Below the pieces are notes generated by a model that saw only the letters and a list, made by a program, of their open reading frames with translations, was not told the origin of the DNA and did no database searches. A DNA stretch of 64,000 bases, taken from the NCBI GenBank assembly GCA_044892505.1, contig CM097882.1:250480001-250544000 (forward strand), in the 5' to 3' direction. Made by a program: the position numbers and the translations under genes. Every line of letters starts with the position of its first letter. The first letter of the stretch is position 1. Source of the DNA: Schmidtea nova. Lineage: Eukaryota. Positions 27,228 to 40,222 of the stretch are shown piece after piece.

Positions 27228-27674
27228 CTAGGGATGTTGTGTGACCGGCGTCTCATATTCAACTCTGACCGGAAATAGTTCCACAGCGGGTAGGTTGTCC
27301 TTAGGTAGCACAGCTGCGATGATGCTGCTTTCCACCTGCATTCTGGCAATTTCGGACTCCTTGTTCCTCACCAGTATTTTGTACGCCCGCAGTTGAGTGG
27401 CGTCTTCCGCTGCTAGTTGTTGAAGAAGCTGAATCTGCTTCTTTAGCTTTCCTGCACCCTCTTTGTTGGTCATTGTCGATTCCATGGTATGACAGTGGGA
27501 CCGGAACATCTCCATGCGGATCGTGATCACTCGTAGGGCGTCAACATTCAATTTCCGTTCCGCTACCATATGGGCGAGTCGGACGTCGATACGACGGTTG
27601 CACCGCACATTTTTACGGCTTTCTTCAACAATTCGTCGATCTTGGCTTCCATTTGGATTAAAAAAAAGCATCAA
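27228..27674 (-). CDS. Coiled-coil ORF (148 aa), possible distant ORF-B member
   Basis: GKLKKQIQLLQQL...QLRAYK...VESS resembles GRLKRRIMELEEM...KLCRAMK...IENSN of copy 1. A basic tail follows the stop. Coiled-coil alignments are weak evidence. Confidence 0.35.
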   Translation of the reverse strand: MMLFFNPNGSQDRRIVEESRKNVRCNRRIDVRLAHMVAERKLNVDALRVITIRMEMFRSHCHTMESTMTNKEGAGKLKKQIQLLQQLAAEDATQLRAYKILVRNKESEIARMQVESSIIAAVLPKDNLPAVELFPVRVEYETPVTQHP

Positions 27675-28617
27675 TTTTATTGTTCCAGTCTGGCATGCAT
27701 TCAGTATTTATACGATTTCAACCGTTCAACTTACAGCATCATACCATGCAAACACATTATTCACGTAAATAATTTTTTAATAAAACGGTACACTGCTAAA
27801 TTCGAGGAATCTGGTTCTCAAAAAACATATCTTAGATTGTTAGTAGTTTTGATCTATTTATTTGTAACTTTTCAAATTTTCCTATTTCGATTTTTAAATT
27901 TAATTTAAAATCTAATTCGATTTTCCTTTTTTTCCTACAAAAACCTATTAAAATATTGGTGGGTTGTTGACCGTCAATATGGCCTTGAAGTTGTTATGGC
28001 TCACATCAACAACTCAGCATACAAAACATTAGTTTAGCCATCTTGTCGCCCGTTACAGTGTAACATTGGTAATGCAACAAATGGGTAGATATTCGCAATC
28101 AGTGAGCGTCGATAATTCGAAACTATGAATGACCGAACATCTCATGGGTTCAAGGGCTACCGATAAAAGGTTTAATACCCGTTTTTTTCCATATTCAAAG
28201 ATTTAATTATAAGCACCCAATAAGATTTTTAACTGTTCCAGAAAAGATTTACGTACTGTTGGGCCAGCCAAATCGAGCAGCATCTGAAAATAATATACAA
28301 TCAATAAAATAAAGCTACAAAAAATAACAACAAAATAAATTACCAACACCAAAAGATAGCAAGATAAGCGGTAACATCTAAAAGAAATAAAGCATTAATC
28401 AGAACAAAATAAATCTCAAAAACTCACTCATGCGAATCAGATAAAATCTGAATATGACAGCAGGTGGGCGGACATCACCGAAGATCTAAAACAAAAATAA
28501 AATAAAATAAATTGATAACAAAAATAAACTTACCGCATGATTAAACAAACAAATCATTGAGTTGAATTAGGCAGCAAAAAGCCGACAAACACAAAAGAAT
28601 GAACAGACAGACACACA

Positions 28618-28655
28618 TACTCGATGCTGATTGGCTGACCAACAACAGTATAAAA
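28618..28655 (+). promoter_or_regulatory. CCAAT-box/TATA module upstream of ORF-A/B copy 3
   Basis: TACTCGATGCTGATTGGCTG followed by TATAAAA at 28649. Confidence 0.5.
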
Positions 28656-29583
28656 ACTGAAGTCAAATCAGTATTTGAAAATGTCATTTTTTACTGAGTG
28701 TGAACTTATCGTCACAACTTGTAAACAACTTGGAAGTGGAAATAAAAGGCACTTTTGGGTTGCATTTTGAATTTATTTTAAACCCTCATAATCATAATTG
28801 GTAATAATGCTAAAATCAATAAGGATTTTCCGGAGGCCTAACAGCCTGACGGATTCTTGGCCTCTCGGTGCAACACATTTTCATGTGAGGTACCGATGCG
28901 GCGGGACCATACGTTTTCTAAATATTTGGTAAGCGGAAGGGGGTGAATGCACATAGGGTATCCAGTAAGATCTAGCGATCGTAACTTCAATCAAAGTAAA
29001 GACAGTCTCGTATGAATGGTATACATCAGGACGATACCTCGACAAGGGGTGTGTACACACAACAAGTAACATCAGTGTTGATAAATTGAGTGTCGACGAG
29101 AATAATAGTATGCAAGGCATAAGGCTTACGACTCTATGAGTTCAGAGACAAAGAGTACCAGCGTCAGAGAGTAATAATAAATCAATGATGCCTTCTAACA
29201 CCTGCATTCAACACTCGAGGAGTATGAGGGGTAAGCACCCCTAATAGGTAACGATAGTACGATAAGTATCAAATTAGCTTGAGTAAGAGATTGCTAGTGT
29301 TCCCCAAAGTAACATGATCATTGATAGTTAATTGTTGTGATCATGGATAGTAATTTGTTGGGTGACTGAGCACGGTTGATGAAAAATAAACATAATAATA
29401 ATAGCGTAAACAGCAATGTATTTGAGCGTAGTTGGACGATCTGAGTGAATTAGTTCACAAAATGAATTGTTAACTACGGCCTACGTTACATCGCAGTCAC
29501 TTGCCTGGTAGAAGACCAATGAACGGTTGAGGCCTACGGAGAATTGATCGCTAAGTCGAGTAGGTTGAACAGTATATATAGTT

Positions 29584-30276
29584 ATGATTAACAGCAGTGT
29601 CTATCAATTAATCCAGACATCTTCTTCAGTTCAGAGCAGTATGGTAAAAATGGAAAGCTGTCTAGGGAGACCGGTGGATTCACTAACCGTAAAGATGGAA
29701 GATCGTACCTTCCGAAGGAAACGGCGCATCCGCTCCGTCGTCAGGCCTAATGTGAATTTCGAGATCAAAGGAGAGAGGGAAGCTCCACGTCAAATCATCA
29801 AACTAGCACGTCGACACCTGCGTCGATGGGTGAGAAACCACATGAGTATGGCTGCTAGTATCCCAGCTTGCTCATTCCAGTTGCAATTGAGGTGGGAAGG
29901 AGATGCCAATTGGGTGTCCTCCTCGAACCCTGCCGAACAGAAACCTGACCGATGGTTCTATCAGTTCGTGGATGATGCAAATCAACCCCGCTGGCTGCTA
30001 AGCACAGGGATGATGTCAGGACACGCATTATATCAACTCGGATACTTGCTGCTGGACAGGCCTCGGTGTAGCGACACTGGGGAAGTCCAAATCTACCCAA
30101 ACGCTCGAGGAAGCGTCTCATTGGATCAACATCCGGAGCCCAAGGATCTTCGCCTATGGGAAGTATTTATCTACCAGGATAAATTGAGTTGGTACCCAGC
30201 CCCAGAACTGTACCACGAAACTGGAATCCGCCGAGATGAGAGTCCTGCCGATCAAGAGTTGCGATCGTTCTGTTAA
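29584..30276 (+). CDS. ORF-A family, intact copy (230 aa, uncharacterised)
   Basis: Open, GC-richer ORF. Homologous to 44150-44680 (HLRRW/QLRRW, WEGD/YEGD, QLGYLLLDRPR/KLGYVLHDHPR, EVFIY..KLSWYPAPELYHETGI/EIFLY..RLCWTPNPDIYHTNGI). Confidence 0.75.
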   Translation: MINSSVYQLIQTSSSVQSSMVKMESCLGRPVDSLTVKMEDRTFRRKRRIRSVVRPNVNFEIKGEREAPRQIIKLARRHLRRWVRNHMSMAASIPACSFQLQLRWEGDANWVSSSNPAEQKPDRWFYQFVDDANQPRWLLSTGMMSGHALYQLGYLLLDRPRCSDTGEVQIYPNARGSVSLDQHPEPKDLRLWEVFIYQDKLSWYPAPELYHETGIRRDESPADQELRSFC

Positions 30277-30465
30277 TCGCGAGGGAGACACATTCAGAGA
30301 GAGCAAGCCTAATACCTGTTGTAAATAGAAAAATAAATGTATTCGTTTAAAAAGGGTTCTTTTGTTTTGGTTTCGAATGTATGTGAAGCGCATGAGGATA
30401 AAGCACAATTGTTTGATAACAAAACTGTGACTGGGAAACCAGACAGATTACCCATACTCTAATGA

Positions 30466-31047
30466 ATGTCACATTTTACAGATATGAGCGAGAACCAAAA
30501 TCGGAACTACAAACAAGAGGCACGAGAACACAAGGCACGTTCCCGAGTCCTTGAGAACCGCTTACGTCAGTTAAGCGATGAATATCAAAGAGTCAAAACG
30601 ACGTGGTTTAATCCCGAGAGGGTTAAGGCCATTCTGCAAGCCAGGTACCGAGCTGAACAGGCAGCCGACGAGCAAGCTAGAGAGGTCACAGCATTGAAAT
30701 TGGAACTGTCGAATTACCTGAGAGTGTCGACCCAAGAATTTATCACAGAGCAGTTACGCTCAGTGATCAGGGCGAGTACCTTCAACCGATGGGTAGACTC
30801 GATAGCGGTTACCGCGAGCACACAGACTGAAATAGAGGCAATCGCAACTACAGCTACCGAAGTAACCACAAAAATTCCACGAGGGTCTCTAAGGACAAAG
30901 CGAAGGAATCGCCTCGGAGCCAAGAAACGTAGAGAGCGTCGAGCCTATGCCGAACGCCTGGGAATTGAGGTTGATCTGCTCAGTGGACTCTCCGAGCAGG
31001 AATTATTGAATGTGATCAGACCATCCGTGTTATTAAATTACAAATAA
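30466..31047 (+). CDS. ORF-B family, intact copy (193 aa; coiled-coil, TWFNP motif, basic tail)
   Basis: Open ORF with homologues at 18780-19250, 23040-23520 and 45130-46370. Confidence 0.78.
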   Translation: MSHFTDMSENQNRNYKQEAREHKARSRVLENRLRQLSDEYQRVKTTWFNPERVKAILQARYRAEQAADEQAREVTALKLELSNYLRVSTQEFITEQLRSVIRASTFNRWVDSIAVTASTQTEIEAIATTATEVTTKIPRGSLRTKRRNRLGAKKRRERRAYAERLGIEVDLLSGLSEQELLNVIRPSVLLNYK

Positions 31048-32338
31048 ATGTATTATAGTTGAATGATTTGACTTGTTTGTTTGTAGTATGTCTGAGTATT
31101 AGACGTAAGGTAAAACCTGATTCATTTGAGATTGTAGGCACTCTAATAACTGAATTAACCTTAGAGCAAAGGAAAGAGCGCGTTAAAAAGGGACCGAAAG
31201 AAATCCACAAACACCTTCTATCGGTAGTGGTGGACCCGTGAATAAACAAGGGAATAGTAGCCGCAAGGTTGCTCACCTGCCTTGTCATTTCACAACGTTG
31301 ACACAGCACCAACATGATGAGTAGTTAGGGATACATCATGGGTGTCAGCGGGGGAATGTTTTTATGTTGGCGAGATCACCCTAACGTATAAAATCTTCAT
31401 GATCTCAGTTGTCCAACAAACCAACACACCAGCAGTACTATATCATCTCAACAACACAAACATCGTCCATGTATTTATTTCCTCTACACAATCATACCAA
31501 AATACGTAATGTGTATGACCCAATCCATAAGATTAAGGGGAAAACATTCGTTATCAACTTGCCCTTTGATTTTTCGACCAAATTCAGACCAAATTCTGAT
31601 TGGTCCGATTGTAGTATAGAAATGTTTATTATATAATAACTTATTGATTTATTTGTTTATATTCAGGCACAAAATTCAATTCAATCTGTTTTCAGTATGA
31701 AACTTAGGTAACATTTATTATTATAATATTTTATTTATTATCATGTCGAAAAATTTTAGAATTAGAATTCCCTTTACTGGTAGAATTTCGATACTCAAAT
31801 ATTTCAACCTTGAGAGCCAAACAATTTTCCTCGAAAATCACACTAGCAATCAATCATGGGTATTATAAAAATAATCGTCAGTTCAAATTATAGGGCAAGT
31901 CTGAGCACAACTCGATTACAAATCAGAAAAACATCTCACTCGAGCTTCTGACACCAACTCAACTCAATTTCCCCGCTTTATTTGCTGTTCTCGTCCATTG
32001 GAATTTAATGAGCTTGTGTGAGCACATCATCCTACTTTCAATAATGATCCTAGTCAAAGAAAATGTATTGTGAAAACAAAACTTCTTGTTGATAGTGGAT
32101 CTACTAAAAAATTTTAATGCTATAATATAATGGTTTTAGTTTATTTATTTACACTTTCCTAACTATTATCTTTTTGTGTTAAATAAATTTTATTTAGATT
32201 CTAGTTTCCAAGAGTAATCTTAAAAAAATCTATACGTAATTTTCAAATGAAAAGACAGTATCTGGTTAATTTCATTTACTAAACCGATGGTTTTCCCACG
32301 TACTTTAATTATTGTAGTTACATATATATATATATATA

Positions 32339-32555
32339 TATTATCATAATTATCTTTTTTCACCTTTGATCTTTTTTTATTATTATTATCAATAATTCTC
32401 ATAATGACTATAGATCAAAATTTTTTTTTATAAACAATAACACAATATTTCGGCACAGCCTTTATACACACTTGATAAAGGCTGTGCCGAAATATTGTGT
32501 TATTGTTTATAAAAAAAAATTTTGATCTATAGTCATTATGAGAATTATTGATAAT

Positions 32556-32639
<84 letters not shown>

Positions 32640-33724
32640 CCTGCATAATAGAAAAAGGTCGAGATCCTCACATGCGTGTCTTGGAATTTTCGCAAAACCT
32701 CCCGATTCTGAAAGTCGGGACCTGATTGATCGTTTCTGGAACTTTTCGAGGGCTTCGCCTTTTATCCTTTTTATAATCGGTTTTGTAAACATTTTCAAAA
32801 ATTTCACTTTTGCAATAATTTCTCAAAATTTGCTAGCAAATTCTCTGATAATATTATTTTGATGGTGGTATTTATAGGATATTCTGTATGTTGTTTCCAT
32901 TGATGTATTAAACAAATTGTTCCAGAAGGAATTATCGATTCTTTCAAAATCAAATTTACCAATGTTACGCAAAACCAAATTAATACTTTTGCATTAAATT
33001 TTATTAAAACTTTATATAATTTATTTTTTATTGAAAATTTTACTTTTGAATTAAAGTTTTTCCTAATTTAGTTTAATTTGTTACATTTTTAACTAAAACA
33101 ACTTTCTTTCATATTTTCATGAATGTTTAAGATAAAAATCGAAATTTTCCCTCCAAAAATATTTAATTTGCAATTTTGTTACATAATTGATGTTTTTATG
33201 TTATCTGTGTTTTTCACGTATATACTTGATGCGCTTCTGTTTATTTTTAATTTTAAAGTGTTTTATTTAATTTTTTCGGTGTTTTGTGATTATTATGTTT
33301 TACTTGATGCTTTGGCTCATAGAACTTTAAATTTACTTATTGCGCGCTCTCTACGTGTTGTTTTCCCGTTTCATTTAAACAACTCTTAGTTTTTGCCCAA
33401 CAATATTAAAACATTTTAAAATTTTTGCCGAGGCCTTGACAACAGCACGGCAATCATAAACTGAATCTATAATTAATATTATTTTATATTATTTTCAATA
33501 ATTCCCGTAATGGTAAGATTATAGATCAAAATTTCTTTAAATAAGTACATAATATTTCGGAAGTCTTTGTCAAGTGTGTATTAATACACACTTGATAAAG
33601 ACTGTGCCGAAATATTGTGTTCTTATTTAAAGAAATTTTGATCTATAGTCTTACCATTATGGGAATTATTGATATTAATATTAAAAAAGATCAAAGGTGA
33701 AACAAAAATATAATTATGATAATA
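32339..33724. mobile_element. Non-autonomous element with ~220-bp inverted ends, each containing a long hairpin, next to (TA)n
   Basis: Left end TTATCATAATTATCTTTTTTCACCTTTGATC is mirrored at 33685-33724. Perfect 87-bp-arm hairpin at 32379-32561. Second hairpin at about 33490-33675. (TA)n at 32323-32340 and 32561-32638. Confidence 0.7.
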
Positions 33725-34480
33725 TTTTTTATATTAGGCTATAGAAATATTTGATAAATTTTAATTTACTTTTGGAGAAATAGAAAACCTCAGTAGCCCC
33801 CATCTTTATTTCATTGACGCATAAAATAATCTATATAGTATTATATATATGGGAATTTTAGATTTGCTTCTCAAAAAATTTTTATGCAACCTAACTGATT
33901 CGTTATAATATGCAATCTTAATTTACAATACTAATTATTGATTTTACGGTTTTAATTTTCGAGGAATTTGAAATCTGGAAAATTCTCAAAAACGAAAAAT
34001 CATTCATTTTTCTTTTTTTCAATTTAATTCGTAATTTATTGTATTATTGTTTGTGTGTAAATAAGTCTCCCTTTACTGTTCAGGTGCAGCAGACAGGATA
34101 TCATTCTCGCTAACTCTCATTAATATAAAATTCACAATTCAGATGGAGTTTACTTACACACGCAATCCGGTCTTCCGGTACCAACGGCGGTGCTCCAATT
34201 CTCATATGGAAGCTCAAGAATTCATTTCTTTCCCTTTCTCAGCTTAATCATAATTGATGTTTTATTACGACAATTAATTTATGAACTTTTTGTGAATAAA
34301 TATCGTTATAAACTTTCAATCAAGGCAAAGAGGAATTTCGAACTTTCATTTGATTCTCCGACAGTGGAATTAATTCATATTTTGGTTTTCTACTACATTT
34401 GTAAGTTTGTTTCCAGAAGATGGGATTATGCAAATTATAAAGTAAAATTTTTTATAATTTTTATAATAATAATAATAATC

Positions 34481-34515
<35 letters not shown>

Positions 34516-34538
34516 CATAATAATAATGAAAATGAAAA

Positions 34539-34925
34539 NNNNNNNNNNNNNNNNNNNNNNNNNNNNNNNNNNNNNNNNNNNNNNNNNNNNNNNNNNNNNN
34601 NNNNNNNNNNNNNNNNNNNNNNNNNNNNNNNNNNNNNNNNNNNNNNNNNNNNNNNNNNNNNNNNNNNNNNNNNNNNNNNNNNNNNNNNNNNNNNNNNNNN
34701 NNNNNNNNNNNNNNNNNNNNNNNNNNNNNNNNNNNNNNNNNNNNNNNNNNNNNNNNNNNNNNNNNNNNNNNNNNNNNNNNNNNNNNNNNNNNNNNNNNNN
34801 NNNNNNNNNNNNNNNNNNNNNNNNNNNNNNNNNNNNNNNNNNNNNNNNNNNNNNNNNNNNNNNNNNNNNNNNNNNNNNNNNNNNNNNNNNNNNNNNNNNN
34901 NNNNNNNNNNNNNNNNNNNNNNNNN
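34539..34925. other. Assembly gap (N run) after an (ATA)n tract
   Basis: Direct reading. Confidence 0.99.
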
Positions 34926-35664
34926 TTAGAATTTAGAATTTAAAAGAAAATTATATTTGGTAATTATATAAAAAATTCATGTTTTTAAGTACTTGTTTTA
35001 ATAATATTGTAAATGAAAAGGTTTTTTTAAAAATTTGCATGGTAATTGTAATTGGTTTGAATAGTATGGTTAAATGTGGAAGTTTTTGAAATTGGATTAG
35101 TACTTTTAGTTTTGTGATTATCTGTGGTGGTTAGATTTGAATTTTGCTTGTAATTGTTTTTTAAGGATAATAAAATTATAATTACTAATTATATACATAG
35201 ATTTATGATCAAATTTGCCTTATAAAATCTGACTTAAAGCTTTATAGGTAGGCAATTTGTGCTATACACTTGACTCAATGAGAGCCGCATCCAATTGTAT
35301 TAAAATGCGTGAATTAGAATGATGCGATTATTTGAATCTGGGGAATGAAAGGTACCCAAATACGATTTATGAGGTTTTATGAATTGTGATAGTGGTTATG
35401 ACTTGTGATTGTGAAACAAAGTGTGGGAAACACAGAATCGAACAAATAAATTGTCCTCAAATCGAATAGCTGATCTGAATCGATAAAATCAATATATTTA
35501 GACTGTTATTTACTAATGACGAAGGAAACGTTTTAAATAAATATCAACGAGTCAGAGATCGACTATTAATAAATTAAACAATGTCGATTTCCTGCGAAGG
35601 TACCCAGGCATAATAAATAGAGCAAATAACTGCACATCGTGACTGGTTCGGCGCTTCCAGCTCC

Positions 35665-36140
35665 TATTGCTTTCTTTATTTTCAGCTTGTTGTACCATCG
35701 TTACCATCTTTACGAGAATTATAATATTTGATGTTTCAGGTGGATAATGGATTTCATTCCACATCGTTTCAAACGTATCTAGAAACTCCTTAGAAACACT
35801 TCCGTTTGATGAACATAAAAATTTATGATGTATTGAAAAGGCTTTTTCAAGGCAATATTTACTGCAATATTTGGCACCAGACTTTTCACAATTACAAAAC
35901 GGTGATTTCAATGAGGAAATTATACAAAATTGTTTGTTAGGAACAACTAACGAACTATCTTCCGTTAACCGTTTTAAATTCTCATCAACACCCTCAAGAG
36001 GTTTCATACATTTTCGCATGCGCCGGTGCTATACCTTTTGTTCCAGGAATACTGAATCTGAACAAATAAAACTGAATCCTTTTGAATATCAGTTTCAGCT
36101 AAAAGCCCTCGTACGATTAACGGTCCAAAGAATTGTTGAG
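35665..36140 (-). pseudogene. SMYD5: SMYD5 N-terminal/MYND fragment inside the LTR-like unit (copy 1)
   Basis: RGLLAETDIQK...QYSWNKRY...CMKPLEGVDENLKRLT...CEKSGAKYCSKYCLEKAFSIHHKFLC...WNEIHYPPETSNIIILVKMVTMVQQA matches the SMYD5 hallmark W-x-x-I/V-HYPPET. Frameshifted. Confidence 0.88.
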
Positions 36141-36749
36141 ATATCATTTTCCTTGATTTTATGATTTCAATGCGATAGAACGATGCAAAATTTAAATCAA
36201 CCACTCGAAAAGAATAATTTATTTCAAAATCGAAACTCCAAAATTCAATCATAAATTAAACAAATTAAATTCCAAATCGCATTAATTAATTCCAATAGTT
36301 CGAAAAACATATATTCATCCAAAAATCCGAAATTGAAATAGCAACAAATCCATAAATGCAAAGTACAAATCAGAACTAATTCCAAGTTAAATTCCCCAAA
36401 TAAAATTACAATGAATCCCAACAAACGAATCGATTAATCCAAAAGTTAATTTCAAATCCTCTTTTATACAAAGCAATTCATACAATTCATTAATCTAACA
36501 TATTAAATTCAAAGTTAATTCTGCCAAAAACTTTTCATTAGTTCAGCCAAACCAAAATACCCAAAATCTAAAAAGTTTAATAACTTCAAATTTGGAAGAA
36601 ATGTAATTTCGGATTTTCATTGACAGTTTTCATTGAATTTAAATCACAGATTTAACATAGCAATTCGATTCCCACAATGATAGAACTTTATTTAATTTAT
36701 TCCTACCCTTTGCATCAGCCAACAAAACACACATTGAATAAATCAAGAA

Positions 36750-37179
36750 CCAAAAATTTCCCGTTACAAATATTGTCTTTCGTACAACTGCCAATCAGTG
36801 ATTGAATTGTGCTTTCCATTGTTTCGAAATTGATGTTGTAATAGTGGTTAAACATCTTTTCATTTTCTCTTCGTTGATAATAATGGATTCTGAGTTCAAA
36901 TTCTGTTGGCTTTCATTCAACTTTCCATAGTGATCGCTCTGTATATCCGCTAGGGACCTTTTCAAACTTGAAAGCCGTTTATCCATTTCCTCTATGACGG
37001 TGTAATTAGGAAAATATTCACTCTCTGAGAAATCAAAGCCATGTAAATATTGATTAGTAGATGTGTTAGTGGTGTAAGGCTTATCTCCTAAAAAATCCGA
37101 ACTGTTATGACGACTCATGTGGTTTTCACTGTCGACTTTTCGTCTTTCTTTTGATAATCTGTATTTAGTTTGCTATTGT
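36750..37179 (-). pseudogene. Distal part of an unidentified SL-linked mRNA-like fragment (continues from 40076-39942 across the hAT insertion)
   Basis: Removing the hAT and one TSD copy joins ...IDLDLSFL|HNSKLNTDYQKK in frame. ORF 36795-37118 follows. Gene not recognised. Confidence 0.5.
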
Positions 37180-37187
37180 GTAGAAAT

Positions 37188-39933
37188 TAGGGCATCCAAA
37201 ACCGGGATTCCAAAATTCGGTTTCCGGGAAACCCGGACATTTTCTGGAACCGAAAACCGAGATTGAATTTGGTAAAATTTCCCGGTTTTCGGTGCTGAGA
37301 GCAAGCATTTCTCATATTCTAAAATAAGCAAAATACTGTTCGCAGCTTAATATTTACATTACGAAATAATATAAGTACATATTTCCGTTAATAATGACTG
37401 TGAATTAAAAGATTAGTTCAAAATTAAGCCCTTCGATTACATTTGCAAATATAATTCACAGTCTCTTTAAGACAACATCAATATAATAATTAAATTTGAA
37501 TTTAATTTGATTTATTTATAACTATAACAAGTCTTTTGAAAGTATTAAATTTACTCTAAAGTTATATTGTGTTTTTTTTATATGTGAGTTTTTTTATAGG
37601 TTATATATATTGTATTTTTTATGTAGTGTTATTTTTATTGGTCACTCGGAAGGTCGGAAGTAAATCAATCAAAAGTGTCCAGTTTAATCTTTAAGGCAAG
37701 TAAAATTTTTATTATTATAGAAAACATAAAATTATAGCAAATTTTTTACAACCCAATACTAGACATGTCTATAAAAAATATCAAATTTGAGGAATGCAGC
37801 CAGCGGCTGATTGAAAAAACTCCAGTATGGGAGTATTTTCTCCGTGACAACAATTCTGGTGAGTTTGCGAAATGTAAACGATGTGATAAGCCATTGAAGA
37901 CAACAGGTGGTTCAACAAGTTCCCTCCATAAACATATTACATCTATTCACAAGATCATAGTAAAACCTGTGAAGAGATATGCTTCTGTAAGTACAGCAGC
38001 AACATCAACTGCACCACCAGAAAAGCGCAGAAATGTACACAGTTCTACGCTAACAAACTACCTCATCATTCGTGACAACACTCTTGAAGCGGTATTATCT
38101 CGTATGACAGCCGGCGATGGTTTACCATTCAGAATTTTCATTAGTTCAATTGAGATGCGCAAGTCGCTAATAGCGCGTGGATTTGAAGTTCCAAAATCAG
38201 CTACAACAATTCGAGACATGGTAATGAAATATGGAAAAATAATTCGGGAAAAGTATAAGGTTGAATTACAAGGTTTGAAATCCCAAGGAAAGCTATTTAG
38301 TCTCACTTTCGACGAGTGGACTTCGTGTAAGAACCGACGCTATTTAAACATAAATGCGCACATTAAATGTAAATTTTGGAATTTGGGACTGGTACGAGTG
38401 CGAGGATCGTTGCCTGCAGAATGCTGTATCAAACTTATTGAAGAAAGGCTGCAAATATTTGGCTTGAATTTGCATGAAGACATCATTTGCATTACAACGG
38501 ACGGTGCCGCTGTAATGCAAAAGTTTGGGGAAATATTGACCTGTAAGCAGCAACTCTGCTTCGCTCACGCAATTCATTTAGCAGTATTGGATATCCTTTA
38601 TCAAAAACCTAAACCAGCTCCAGCTGGTAACGATGACGATGACTGTATTTCAGATGGTGATGGTAATGGTGACGACGATCAAGACGAAGGATTTAATCTT
38701 GAATTGGAAGCGAATGAACCACAACTGTGTGAGAATTTTTATGATCTTATCCGCAAAATTAGAACTGTAGTCAAGCTATTTCGTAAATCACTACTAAAAA
38801 CGAAATTCTTCAAAAATACATCAAAGAAGAATTTGAAAAGGAATTGCAATTGATAATTGATGTAAAGACAAGATGGAATAGCCTTTATAGTATGCTTGAA
38901 AGATTTCGTAAATTAAAAAACAACATTCGAAAATCTTTAATAGATCTCAATTCAAGTTTTTCATTCGAAGACGAAGAGTGGAATATGATTAATGATTTAG
39001 TAACAACACTTGAACCAATAAAATTAGCTGCAGAAGCTTTATGCCGCCGAGATGCGACATTATTAACAGCTGACACGACAATTTTGTTTATGATAAACAA
39101 CCTAGGTTGCAGTGAATTTGCTCTGCAAATGAAGGACTCGCTTTGTTATCGCATAAATCAACGACGAACGAAAGTGGCTAGTTTGCTGCAATATTTACAT
39201 AAAAGCAAACAAGATTATGCGGAACTGGATCCAGACTCCGTTTTAAACTTTGAACATTTGACAAAGTCAGCGATAGCAAACATGATAATTGGCCTATCAA
39301 ATCCACTCGAAGGAAGCCAGCAGTCATCTGAGTCGGACTCAGACAATGATCTTGAAATTGGAATAGAATTGTCGTTGGAGGAAAAGCTTAACCGTGCCAT
39401 TACCAAGGATGTAAATTCCACTATTACCCCACCAACAAAAACAAATAGAGACATAACTAATGTTATAAAAAAAGAATTGGCTATTTTCGAACTGGAGGGC
39501 AATCGTGGAAAGAATCTCCAGACCTGTTATGAAAACTTGTTATCCATTCCACCTACGAGCGTAGATTCAGAGCGCGTATTTTCCAATTGTGGTATGGTTT
39601 GTACAAAAATTAGATCATCACTAAACGATCAAAGTTTAGACATTTTAAGTTTCTTACGAACACATTTTAAAACGGAAGCGCACATTTAGAGAAGCTAATA
39701 ACTTTTTATTTATTAAATTGAATTGTGTTTATTTATATATTGAATTTCTGTTATTTTATTTTTGTTCCTTTATTATAATAAAAATTATTTATAATAAAAA
39801 TGCTTTTTTACTTATAATTTATTATTTTTTTATTTACATTTTCAGCACCGGTTCCAAAACCGGGTACCCGATTCTGGAACATTCTAGCACCGAAAACCCG
39901 GTTCCAAAAAAATTCTCGGTTTTGAATGCCCTA
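37188..39933 (+). mobile_element. hAT transposon (2746 bp), near-intact
   Basis: TIRs TAGGGCATCCAAAACCG / CGGTTTTGAATGCCCTA. 8-bp TSD GTAGAAAT at 37180-37187 and 39934-39941. Confidence 0.95.
37765..39689 (+). pseudogene. hAT transposase with BED finger and a single 1-bp frameshift near 38791
   Basis: VWEYF...CKRC...LHKH, LTFDEWTS, ITTDGAAVM, CFAHAIHL, TRWNS, PPTSVDSERVFS. Restoring one C gives KSPTKNEILQKYIKEEF. Confidence 0.93.
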
Positions 39934-40076
39934 GTAGAAATGATAAATCAAGATCTATGCGAAATCCAGAAACATCTCCGTAACTTCGACTTAATCTTTT
40001 ATTATTAATAATCAAGATAAATTTGATCAATGAATGTTAGGAGCGATTGGGGAGTTACATTTGAAATATTCGTTTC

Positions 40077-40117
40077 CATATAGATTTATATAGATTTCGA
40101 TAAGACTGTCTAACGGC
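40077..40117 (-). other. Spliced-leader exon copy A
   Basis: GCCGTTAGACAGTCTTATCGAAATCTATATAAATCTATATG differs by one substitution and one deleted T from the planarian SL as recalled (GCCGTTAGACGGTCTTATCGAAATCTATATAAATCTTATATG). Not followed by a GT donor. Confidence 0.9.
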
Positions 40118-40222
40118 TTCCAGGCACGCCCCACAATCTCTCACAGCGATCAAGCACCCAAATAATTATTTTAATTATTATTTAATTAATTTTAAAAATA
40201 TTTTAAGAGCGGGCGCGATCAT

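Noticed and set aside
32065-32115. LLVDSGST retropepsin-like motif
   Set aside because: Eight residues with an immediate stop and no adjacent gag or RT. Could be chance.
34076-34200. Possible isolated host exon (pyrimidine tract plus CAG)
   Set aside because: No recognisable product or partner exons, and an assembly gap follows.
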